From assembly GCA_964247055.1 (NCBI GenBank), contig OZ176054.1, positions 9,796,001-9,860,000 of the forward strand: 64,000 bases of DNA, read 5' to 3'. Every line of letters begins with the position of its first letter. Within the stretch, counting starts at the first letter, position 1. The position numbers and the translations under genes are program-made. The notes beneath the pieces are model-generated. The model saw only the letters and a program-made list of their open reading frames with translations. It ran no database searches and was not told the DNA's origin. Below are positions 26,101-38,503 of this stretch, in pieces. Source of the DNA: Paragordius varius. Its lineage: Eukaryota; Animalia; Nematomorpha.

Positions 26101-29100
26101 AAAATATTTTATTTTCTTGGTGATTTTTAAAAGTTTATACCGGGTATATTAAAAGATTTACCGGTTTGACTAAGAGAAGATATCAAAGAAAAGTACACAG
26201 ACGATTAACCATTATTTTCATCTGATATTAAACGACAAAGACACACAATTGAGTTTACCAAACTAATGACTTATTTTTATTATTCAGTAATCATCAAATT
26301 TTGTGACTGACCATAAGAAAAAGAGCTTTTAAAAGTTATCTTTGCGAGTAAAAACATACGGTACCATGCTCTATTATGACGTTTTGAAATACTAAAGAGT
26401 GATATCATGTGAAAGAATTGCCGTGCTTTGGTAGATCAAACAACTACGAAGACGCTAAAGTTCTAGAGTTATTGAATTATGATTCAACTTAAAACAATAT
26501 TGCTAACAAATACCTGATTAAGACCCCGCATCAATTGAAAAAAAACAGAATAAAACAGAAGGTAATAATTTTGAATGCTTCGTCTAGCACAGCAACCAAT
26601 GTAAACACCTTGAGATCACTTCTATCTAAAATTCTATCGCTTCGTTAAAGTCTTTGACTGCCATCTGACTAATATAAGTTGGCAATTGGTCAAACCCTTG
26701 TGGAAACGCTTAAGCTATTTCTAAGACGTCGGGAAACGACTTAGAAATGGTTGGCTCCTAAAGTCAATCAGCTTTGGCCGGATATCATATTTTACATAAG
26801 AAATGAGCGAATGGTGTAGGCGCCGAAGTAAATTCAGAATAAAATGAATAGTTTTCTTTGAGAACTCGTAAAGATATGATATTAGTTGATTAAGTAGTAA
26901 TTCCGAACCGGGCTTTGGTCATTTTAGAAAATGCATAAAAATTTAAAGGAGCTGTATTGTTGATTTTTGATGACCCAATTATATATGATTTTTCAAAAAT
27001 TTAAACATTTGTAATAGAGCTAAGTAATATGTTAAAATTAAAAATAAAAATTCGGGCATTAACAGTTATTATTTTGTTTCAATAAAGAATTTATTGCATT
27101 TTATTGTTCTATGGTATCGAAATTCGTTGAAAGAAATCTAATCAATAACCCTTTGAACACTATACAACTCATAAACATCTATAATTTTGTGAAAGGAAAA
27201 ATTCCTACAAATATTATAAGGGATGTTTTTTAACAGTATAATACCCTTTCCAAACACAATCTATTGTATTAAAAAGCTTTCATAAAATAAAATAGTTTTT
27301 CACTTTTGACGCATAGAGTTACTTTGAATAAATCATAAAAATATTTATTAATGGAAATGAGCATAAGAATTAACAAACGCGTTTTCTTACCTTCCATGAT
27401 GAAATAAGCTGTTAACCATGTATATTACCTTTGAAATTAATATTAAAGACAGCGATATTTAAATTTTTTCAGATAATTTTATAATCATTAAGATTATAAG
27501 TGCATAATCAATACTAATTTTTTTTTTAGAATATGATATTTTTTAACTGATGTCCACTTGATAAATGCGATATCTTTGCAAAATCTAATTATTTCTTTTC
27601 GGTCTAATAGGGGCTGAACATTGCATATTTAAAAAGTGATTGACTTCAAGCCTTTTCCGCTCTCTACCTGTAATAAACACAAACGCGAAATTGGACATCT
27701 GGATTATTATCTGCTTTAGCATTTGAGAAAATCAATTATAAAATCGATGTCGGATACGTCCTTGAGACATTTAATGCCATTTTTATTAGCCTTTTATGTT
27801 TTTCAATGAAAGGCCGACATATTTTAACGTCTCACTATAATCCTAGAAAAATTGTAGAACTTTGTTTAAAATTATAGTCACTTAATTTTTAATGGAATTA
27901 GGTGGCTGATGCATAAAGCGGATCAAAATGAAATTAAAAAAATATTTAAGTCACTATGCTCTATAATCGCGGTCGAGGTTTATGCTTTTCCATAAGGCGT
28001 TTTTATATACGGACCATCATTTTTTAATATATTATTGAAACGAATTTTTTTTGAGTGCGACAATGGGTGGGGGTTTATCACTAGGAAAGCCTGTGATTTT
28101 TTACACGTCTGTCACAGGCCAATTACTGTTTTTTAATATCTCATGTAATATTTTTGCCCTGATACCCACTCCAAGGTCGTAGAAATTAATATTTAAATTA
28201 TTATTTTGATATATATATATACTTTTCATTGTTTGATATTCCGTATGTGATTTATAGGATCTTGAATTATAACAAAACTACCGGGCGTTTTGCCATCTTC
28301 GACAAGATTTAAAAATGGCTAAATAATGGCATATTTAACGTTTGCTTTTATACTCTTTCCTTTATTAAATATTTTTAAACTCCATCCTTGAATTATTTAT
28401 TTTGTAGTATCATCGTATCAACTTAACTCGTAAAATAAAAATTATCCAAGTACAAATTTGGTTAAATTATTTAAATAAATAATTAATACTTTCTTCCTCG
28501 ACTTCCAACGGTTTTATTTTGAGCGCCATCAAAGCATGTGAATACAGTTTTTCCTTGACCATATCTATTAAAGAGACGCCGGGAGTACGCCAAAATATAG
28601 CATACGTTTTTTGATCGATAGGACCATATGTCACATGATCAATAAGGTATGGGGGTCCGTTAACAATATTCAAACCTATGTTTGTTAGATTAGTTATGTT
28701 AATTATCTGAAAAATTGTGTGCAAATAGTTTGAGGGTGTATGATTTTACTTAAATTCGAGACTAAATGTGCTAAATTCGAAATTTCTAATCAATGCTTTT
28801 TTGAATTTAAAGTATGAGCTATGAAAGTTACACATCGTTAAAATGGACTTATCATTAAAAGGATAAAAAACCGATGCTAATTTTTGATAAATTATAACAT
28901 CAATGACAATAATAACTTTTAAAAGGTATCTTGAATCAAGAAAATTGAGAATGTCACTTTAAATCCAAAGCAGGTGGCTGGCCCGAAGATAAGGGGAACA
29001 AGATTAATTTTTAAAGGCTTAAATAATAATGTAACTTTACAGGCTGCTATTTTTTCTATTATGCTATACTGGGCGGAAAAAATGAGGATGAAAAAATAAA

Positions 29101-29843
29101 GGTTAATGAATTAGAAACCATGCAATAGCTAAAAGTTCCAGGATAATGAAATTAAAATCATATATGCGGTAAAATATTAGAAAAAAAGACATTTTAATTT
29201 TCTGTTATTAGCAAAATGAAAAATCGCATTATTATAGATTTGGAGCATACTGAAAGCTTCACCTAAATTAATAGAATAATGTAACACATTTTTTTGTAAT
29301 ATTATAGGACGAAGATTATCATGGTAGATTGAAACATCGTTTGGCATTATTTCAAAGCTTTGAATTATATTTTCATCAAAATATTTAAGATGATACAGGC
29401 AAGCTCCATAAATATTTAAGGAAACCGAAATGTTCAGCTGCGTATTAATGTTTATACTGTACTGTATTTTAATACAGCGTTATATATTTTGTACAAATTT
29501 ACCAAAAATTATTCATAAACTTTTTTCAAATATGATTTGGATGTAATAACCTAGCACATTGGCACTACTATATAATCATGGCCCCAAAAATATTAATATT
29601 GTCTCAAGGGCAGTGCACCATATAACCGATTAAAGCTTTTTTAGATCGTTGACACATATAAAGTACAAAAAATATGAATAGAACCATAAAAAAGCACTTT
29701 TAAGGCCGATGTTTACGTACCACTGATCTAGCATATTTAAACTATCCCCCATCAGTATTTTTGTAAATTTTAAAGATAATCCATTTTAACCGATAAAGAC
29801 GTGGTACCTTCCAAGCTCATTTATACATAATATTTAAATATAT

Positions 29844-29880
<37 letters not shown>

Positions 29881-32800
29881 TAACATATTAGTGAAATTCG
29901 GTTTAAGGGCATTTAGATTCTGCCCAAAAATTATTCCTTATAAAATTTGCAATTGATTATACTCCTTATGACTCCTACGCTCCAAAACCAAAAGCACCAT
30001 AAAATCATCATACATTTCTGATAATATTATCAGTTTTTATGAGGCGGTTTTTACACTTTTTATAATATAAAATCAATAAATAAATATTAGATCGAACCCA
30101 TTTATCACTAATACAAATGCAGACAAATATAAATAGAAATTAAAACAATACAATTAGTGAAATAAGTATTTGTCTAAGTTATTTAGAATTAGGCAAACTG
30201 TAACTTATGTATGTCATCTTCAGTCAAAAAAATAATATACCTTTAAGGATCAAATTTAGGATTAAATAAATTAAGTTCATTTTTGAAAATTTACTTAAAA
30301 ACTTGTTAAATGAAATAGTATAATTATAAGGTATAAGTAATATTTTAAATTTGATAACACTTATTTCATACAATTATATTATTTTAATAACAAAACTCGA
30401 TAAATCAATTTCGCTGGTTCACTATTAATGTTTAATCATAAAATTATATCTTATAAGACTATCTGACGAAATTAGATGTCAGAACTGTGAATATAACTTT
30501 AAAAGCATATTAGATAAATTAAGTTGTGGTGTTGTTTGTTTTGTAGCTGAGCCTAATTGTGTCAATATTATCATTATATAATAGCAAAATTCGCGCAGAG
30601 TTTATAATATATTTTGTTCAAGGTTAAATATTTCAATCACGTTTTTATCTCATATTAGGTCAAATAAAATTAATTACAATAGATGAAAACGTGTCAACTT
30701 AATTTTATTTGTTTAATAAAGAAGGATAATTCTTAACGCAAAATATTACCAACAAAACCTTACAATGTTTTGGAAAGTTCCAGATAGATTTTCAAAAATA
30801 TAAAAAATCGGATTGGCGTCAAATTTAAATCATAAAAACTTATTAATATGCGGTAAAAGATTTTTTATTAAAATCTCTATATATTAACTGTATATATAGA
30901 GATTTATTATTCCATTATAATTAGCTAAAATTGAATGAATTAATTTAGAGTAAATTTTCGATTACTCCAAGTAATCTTTGTCAACGTAAAAAAATTACCT
31001 AATATATTGCCCTCAAAATAATTTTAAGGCTTATATAAATAGTTTTTTCCGATAATTTGCACCAAAGCGGAAGCTGGGTATAATTTTTAAACATCTATTA
31101 TGAATAATTCATACAATTCGATAAATGACCTATCATCTCAGATTTTTGATTGGGATTTATTATGCCCTAAAGCCGATATAAGATCCAATGGCGCCTATAT
31201 TTTGAGTTTCGAATTAACCTTATGCGATATTAAAACAAATAAAATTTAGTTGACACGTTTTCATCTATTGTATTTAATTTTACTTGACCTAATACACGAT
31301 AAAAATGCGATTTTTTGATTTTGGCTAATAAAAAAAACTTAAATAAATTTTTTTCTGGTATATTTTTGAAGCGTTTAGGTATCGAATGATATATAATTCA
31401 TTCATCTTTATTTTTTCATCCCCATTTTTGCCGCCCAGTTTAGGATATTAATTAACTAAAAAATAGCAGCCTGTAAAGTTACCATTATTATTTAGGCTTT
31501 AAAAAATTAACCCTGTTCCTCGGGCCAACAACCACATGCGTTGGGATTAACGTGACATAAGCAAGATTGTTTTAAATTTAAAAGAAATGTTTAAATTGAT
31601 AATTAAAAATTAAATAAATGATTATAAAAGCATTATTATGCAATATTTATTAAAAATAGAAACTGAATATATCTTATGAACCTAATATTATTGCCCAAAT
31701 CGCTTTTATATATCATTTAAAGGTAATTTGAACTCTGAGCTACCATCTATTTATATGATACATACAGGTGGATTAATTTTAACTAATAACTCGAACTTAT
31801 ATTACTTTTATAGTATGGAGTGTCAATGTGTGACACAATTTTAGGAATGTCAAAAAATTAATTTTTAGCCAATTGTATTTGGTGAAAAAAAGCAACAAGA
31901 CCCACTGACGACAACTGATTTTGATCAGTGCGGGGAAGGGGGGGCGCAATGGGTAGGGGGGTCTAAGGCAAAACAATTTGTAATTCGCTTATGAATAAGA
32001 TCCAAATTGACAATACCAACCAATTTGTATTAAGTACCCAACAATTTCAGCCAGTTGTGATGTTATAACAGCATTTTTTTGATTTAAATAGCGGAACGTT
32101 CATTATTGGTGTTAAAACTAATTAAATATTATACTAGAATGATGGCTGAAAAAAAGTTGTTATCGTTACTAGCAATATAATTAAAAATGCTCACGCAAAA
32201 TCGAGAAAATTTTAAAACATGTCTGATTATACTAAAACTCTATCTAACTAACATCTATTGGTTCAATAAAAAAGCATATTTTAAAATTTTATTTTCTCGA
32301 TTTAACTTTTTCATCCATTTTTGCACTTTATATAACGATAAACTGCTCAATCTTTTCAATTGTCATGCTCTAAATAAGTTATTTAATAATATATAACTTT
32401 TAAATATGAAAGTTGTAATATTAACGGATTGATAGTGGTTAGTGTGGTCGTTTCTTTAAAATCTATGTAATGCACCAGATGAAAATAACTGTAAACAAAA
32501 TCATGCTTTTATTCAAAACTCATGGCATAACCAAACAAAAAATATATTATAGATTTTTTTTTTGGGGGGGGGGGGGGGAAACCCTAAATTTTGGGCGATA
32601 ATTTTTAGATCTATGTGATAAGATTAAACCAAAATATATCTCCCTTCCGGCCGTTCGTTTGGGTTAAGTCTTAGTTTTTGATAAAAATTTAAATTTTCTG
32701 CTATAAAACAACTATTTTCATGTGTTAAATAAAAATTATTTATTGGTGGGTCAAATTTTAATGTTTTGAGAGACTAAAATTTAAATGAAGGAAGGATGTT

Positions 32801-35800
32801 GTTTAAATCTGATATATTGGGGGTAAAGCCGCTGAACGTTAAAAGGCAAATAAACACTTTTTTGATAAGTATTTTGACTCAAGGTGAAGTAAAACGCGTG
32901 AAATTAGAATATTAGGAGTGTTGAATCAAAGGCTCAAATTTATTTTTGATGAAGGGCGTTTTTGGGTTTTCCCAATATAAAAGCTAAAACTTTCTTCCAT
33001 AGATGTTTTTTAGTACGCTGGTTAATTTACAAAAAAAGCATAAATTTTATAACATTAAATGGAATCTTTTTTATAGGGGTATAATGTAAGTTTTTAATTT
33101 TTTAAACCATAAAATAGGCTAAGAGTACATGTCCGGGTAAAATGGAATGTTAGAGTGCTTATTACTAAACATTTGCAAATATTTTGAATATTAGTTAATA
33201 TTTTGATAATTTTCCGAATAGCGAAAAATTCAAAAATTGGAGTTTATTTATATTATAATAAATATTAGATTTGAAGTTTTTTGATCCATATTTAAATATC
33301 CAATTACTACTGTATTCCCCATCTCACAGCCCAACATTCATCTATAAGCGTAAATTTGACATACTGCGTTTTTTAGACATTTGATATGTAATCAGGTAAA
33401 TTTAGAAATGATGTTATTTACATAGTAATAAGGCCAATATTAATTAAACCATAATTTTTTTATCATTTGTGTTTCGAATCGTTAAAATAATAAATATTCT
33501 GATTGATAAATTACCATTGAAAATTATAAAAGTGTATATTTAATGTCAAAACTATCAATTATAACGGAAATTTTCTTTTCAAATACATCTAAAACCCCAA
33601 TTCGAAAAGAAAACCCAAAAAGATCTAATGCAGGGTAGTATGTGCGGCCGCAAAAAAATACCAAATGTCTAAAATTCCATAATTTGCAGAATTTACTAAT
33701 TACTAATAACTTGAGAGATTAATTCTTTCTAAGAAAAATTAGTAAGTAAGAATTGTTGAAATATATTGAAATATTTATAAATGAACATGTATTTTTCGTA
33801 TGCGGCCAGCGAAGCAGTTTGATACACCCTTGATTTAATGTTTAAGAGTTCTTATTATGTTTTTCCGTTTTAACCATACAGGAGTATAAAAAATTTTAAA
33901 ATATGCTAAAATTTACATATTTAAATATATCCTTCCCTCTTGCGCACATGTTATTGGCATTCCAAATTTTATATTGGTTATCAATGGAAAATTGTTCTTT
34001 AATTTATTAAAGCTTTTAATGCGTCCATAATCATTATTTGATTGTATAATTTAAAAAGGATGTCAACACCCAAAGCATGGTAACGGTAGTCATATATTCA
34101 TTAGTCTTGTGTTGCTGATCTTTTAAATAATAGTAAAATACTCACAGATGTTTGATTCGCATTGGAATATATATTTATAATCTATTTTATTTTATTAAAT
34201 TTTATCTTTCCAGGCTTTAATAATCGTTTTATGCATTAATTATTTTATCTTCTTTTAGCATCGTTCTTGGTATCATATTAATATACAAAAATTAAAGTTT
34301 TTTGAAAAAAATGCTAGGAATTAAATTTTTTACTATTTTTTTATTCGCAAAGAAGAAAAATGATGAAAATTTATAAAATACCTTTTATGCATATACCAAA
34401 ACCAATCTAAGCTAGTTTAGTACGTAGCGACCTGGACATATCGAATAGGTAGTTTTAATTCACAATTTTTTTAATTCACAGTAAATACTTTCAACATGGA
34501 TGATGGTAAAATATTAATAAGAGTAAACCAGAAATATTTTATTCAATCGAAAGTTACTTTCTAGTTTTCGCATTGATTTGGTTAATTAATCGACCATTAG
34601 GAAATAGATAATAAAACTAAAGTGTATATTAATAATTGTTAAAAATATATGAAAACAGCTTATCTGTGCGATTCATTAGTAAAAGTATGGATATCGCCTA
34701 TAGAGGGAGGCGAAGCAAAAGAAATACGTGGGAGGTGTTACGCAAGAGCGGTCAGCAAGTTTTGACTGCCACCGAGAAAGGAAAACTGGGGGGAATCGGA
34801 ATCAGAAATTTTTTCTTGAATGTTGGCATAGCTGTAAACCAAATATTTATATGTGGGGGTTTTCTCTGGCGTTTTGGATATCTGGGTTTAGGTGTGGCTA
34901 TATTCGTTATCGGACCTGCGTTGTTATCATGTGTTCATGTCTATCGTCGTGCGGCTTAATACTTTGTGGAATACAAGTAATTTCTTCTGAAGTAATTGGT
35001 GTTTTGGAATTGGCGTGGTTATTCTCTGACCTTTCATTTGTTTTAATTGATCAGCGTGTTTTCTGAGAACTCCGGTTTCGTCTCTTACCATACATGACAA
35101 TAGACCCCCTCTTTCTAATACTTCCTCAGCCCTCCATCCTTTTTCTATTTCATTCTTTATAAAAACCTTCTGCATTGGAACCATTTTACCAAGCGGTTCT
35201 ATTGATTATCTATGAACTCGGTTGTTTGCTTATTGAAAATCCTCTTCATCCACATAGGTGCATGCCGTTGGTCTAGTTGAACCGGTGTTTCGTGAAGCAT
35301 ATCGCTTGATGGAGATTTAATATAGATTTTATGAAAGTTTAGCAGTTCTAAAAATGATCTAAGTTCTCTCTTATCGGTGGGTCTCAAACACTCGATTAGA
35401 GCTTGAATATTGTCATTGGTGGGACGAATTCTATTCTTTGAAATTTCTATGTAACTGACAGATAAAACGGCAAGTTGCAATTTTTCTCTGATTAGTTTCA
35501 ACCCTGCAGCTTCCCGTTCGTTGCAATACCCTGGTCAATGTAGATTTTTCAATTTAAGGCCATGTCATATCATCTATTTTGTTTGAGAATGCTTGATTTT
35601 TCAGTTTCGAGTTGTCCCGAGTCCTGCATGCGCAAGGAATAGATTTTTTTATATTCCATCATTTGGACTAATGCTTTTGGCGATTAAAATACTATTCACT
35701 TGCTTTAAGCATTGAATTAGTGTTTGGATCGTATTAGTTGATCGTTTTCGGAAATTTCATCAATTCTGGTCAAGGCACCAATAAAATAATTAAGATAAAA

Positions 35801-36770
35801 ACAAAGAATATAATTAAAATATAATTTATTGGATTAAATTGAGTTGATTTAACTAACAGCTTGGTGGTTGTACAGGTGTAATATATTTAAGAATGGATAA
35901 TTGGCAATTAACTAATTTAGAATGGTATTTGTATTAAATACAATGTCATTGTCATTCATATAGATTATCCATATAAATAATTATTAATAGGGTTCTTATA
36001 ATCAATTAACAAACATATACGTTTGTTTAAAGATTTAGCTCCGTAAATATTGGTACAATATATTACACATCGTCCATAAAACCAGATATCTATTATATGT
36101 ATTGTCATAGTTAAATCTATCAGATTTTCTTTGTGCCCTTAGTTTTGAGCCTTACGAGGTGATATTGGAACGTTATTACCACTTTTGTATAGGCTCCATA
36201 TAAGAAAATGACATAATTTCCCCAAATTTTGTTAAATTAAATTATTTGGTGAAGCTGGCTTCATTCCAAAAAATATTACTAAAATATATCAAACATAAAA
36301 AGGCACAACAATATTTTAGATTTGAATATGCGTCTGGAAGTCTCTAATTTTTAGACCCCTGCAAAATAACCACATTCTTCTGTAAAAATTACGAAAATAT
36401 ATGATGACATCAAAAAAGATTTTTCCAAAACAGATATCTTGCTAATGAATTTCGATCAAGACTTTGGTGAAACAAGATTTATGGTATTCGAAGCATATTT
36501 TAAAAGTTGATATTATATAAACATTTTCTTGCGAAATTTAGCATATATTTAATTCTCGCTCAATCTTGCCTTTTCGCCTTTATTAAATTGCTTATTTCGG
36601 ATGGGTCCAAAAATTGGAGACTTTCACAGCCTACATCTAAAAAATTCATTAAAAACATTGTTATTCTTGTTAAATGTGGCTTATGCCATATTTTAAGTAT
36701 GCTATATGGCGCAGTTAACCATAAAAGTGTAAATAGCCCTGTTAAATTACTCGTAAGAGACCAAACCAAA
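22283..36770 (-). CDS. Probable 3' half of copy B: further FN3/Ig-like exons ending ...RSKR-ADITG-DHFHLGFTHILDL*; possibly partly pseudogenised
   Basis: Exon-like blocks: ~36560-36770 (TAPYSILKIWHKPH), ~36130-36230 (GNYVIFLYGAY), ~32018-32053 (AEIVGYLIQI), ~28490-28700 (GPPYLIDHVTYGPIDQKTYAIFWRTPG), 25782-25868 (IKYEISALIF), 25602-25658, ~23930-24230 (YYYRLQNL...IAVKAY), 22767-22922, 22692-22703, 22283-22326. Four of these (25782-25868, 25602-25658, 22767-22922, 22692-22703) are clean phase-1 triplet exons. No paralog is available in the window for most, and several joins need frameshifts. Linkage to copy B is inferred from the array geometry. Confidence 0.45.
28951..31558. mobile_element. 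Foldback element of the same family with a 1.41 kb foreign insert (29231-30641) in its left arm
   Basis: Termini atgtcactttaaatccaaagcaggtgg (28951) and ccacatgcgttgggattaacgtgacat (to 31558) are inverted. The left arm stops at aaatcgcatt (29230) and resumes at tttttatctcatattaggtc (30642); these two pieces are contiguous in the right arm. Confidence 0.7.
34700..35760 (-). mobile_element. Ty3/Gypsy-type LTR retrotransposon relic (RT C-terminal part + integrase C-terminal part)
   Basis: ORF 35199-35501 VSYIEISKNRIRPTNDNIQAL..RPTDKRELRSFLELLNF matches the Gypsy RT thumb pattern (V.YLG..IS..GI.P...I.AI...P..LRSFLG..N). ORF 34927-35184 GWRAEEVLERGGLLSCMV...GVLRKHADQLK matches the integrase C-terminal pattern (W..G.V...G..SY.V...G...RH..QL). 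No LTRs found. Confidence 0.75.
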
Positions 36771-37297
36771 AGCCCATAGATTCATTTCTATCAGAATATA
36801 TGTGTATTAAAGATTTTTTGTGGACATTGTGTATACTTGGATTAAATTTGACACCAACCTACTTTTTAGCCTTAATATCATTTTTTAACTTTCTAATATA
36901 ATATAGATATAAGGGTTTTCCACACGGAATTTGAAGAAATTACTAAATATCATTATATTTTAATTTAAATTATATTCACTTTTTAATTATTTAATGTACC
37001 AATATGTTGTTTAGAATTTACTTTAATGTATTCAAATACAATAGATTCATACCTACTATTAATTATATTTATGAGCATCGATTTATTGCAACGTGTTTTA
37101 ATTAATTTTAACTGAATTTAAAAACATGGATAAAAAATATTACATGATCAATTTATGATTAACTTATATATTTTTTGAAATAGCATTCGAAAGAAAATAA
37201 AAAAACACGCCTCAGTTATGCATTTGTTTTTGGTTTAAGAAATGATGTACTTAGCATTAAAACTTTGATTAGTTACAATTTTTTTCGCCACTTATAA

Positions 37298-38503
37298 CAC
37301 GGTGCACACCAAAAAATAAAGGTTAATGAATCATATATTATTCGGTAGTAAAAGCTCCAGGATAAAGAAATCGAAACGATATATCCGATTAAAATATGAA
37401 AAAAACGCATTTTTTTGCACATTAGGCAAAATAAAATTAAATACAATCGATGAGCGTCAACTAAATTTTAATAGTTTATTTAGAGCTTAAGGCTGATTCT
37501 AAACAAAATATTATCAATAATTTGCATTCTTTCGGAGGTACCTAGAAAGACTTACAAGAATATAAGCTAAAAAATTGCACCTTGGCGTCAATGAATCATA
37601 AAAACTTGTTAATATACGGCAAAATATTCTTATTATTAAAACAATCATTTATTAACTCCACATATAGAGTTTATCCAATATCGTCTTCAAAAAAATTTAA
37701 GCCATAAAATAAAATTTTTCGATAATTTGAACAAAGCGGAAGCTGCGTATAATTTTTAAAAACATTCTATATATATTATATATTACAAATATTTTTTCCA
37801 TACAATCGATGCAGAAAAATTATCTCAGATTTTCGATTAACGGAATTTGTGTGCCCTAAAGCCGGTATTAAAGCCAAAATGGTGCCAAAATAAAATAATC
37901 AAGATTTTCGGGTAAAAAAATTTCATAAATCAAAAATCTGAGGTGATAGATCATTTTTTGTACATCAAATTGTATGGAAAATTTGTAATATGTATTGGAT
38001 GCGTTGTAAAAATTATACCCAGGTTCCGCTTTGGTGCAAATTAATGAAAAATTTTCTTTTATATAAGGCTCAAGTTTTTTGAAAGCTATATATTGAGTAA
38101 GTTCTATATAAGAATTAATATATGATTGTTTTAATAAAAATTAAAATCTTTTACAGCATATTAATTAGTTTTTAGGATTCAAATTTGACGAAAAAGTGCA
38201 ATTTTAGATAATATTCTTAAAATGGACCTTCTAAAAAATGTAAAATCTTTGTTGATAATATTTTGACTTTAGAGTTATCCTTATATATTAAAAATAAAAT
38301 TGAGTTGACACGTTTTCGTCTATCGTATTTATGGGAAAAAAATGCTTTTCATTTTGTCTAATAACAAAAAAATAAAATAACTATTTTTCTAGTATTTTAA
38401 CCGCATATATCATTTTGATATTCCTTATCCTATAAATTTAGCTATCGAATTACATATGATTCATTGAGCTTTATTTTTTGATCCCCATTTTCTCCGCACA
38501 GTG
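37298..38503. mobile_element. Foldback CAC...GTG element with TAA target duplication
   Basis: taa|CACGGTG at 37298 and CACAGTG|taa at 38503. Internal inverted motifs gcggaagctg..ataattttt / aaattatacccaggttccgc and gtcaact / agttgacac. Confidence 0.75.

Noticed and set aside
26160-27900. Coding-looking stretches between 26.2 and 27.9 kb
   Set aside because: No frame stays open for long, there are no consistent splice phases, and no paralog is available to test them.
34636-35066. Two plus-strand ORFs of 107 and 112 aa
   Set aside because: Antisense shadows of the more GC-rich Gypsy relic; no recognisable motifs.
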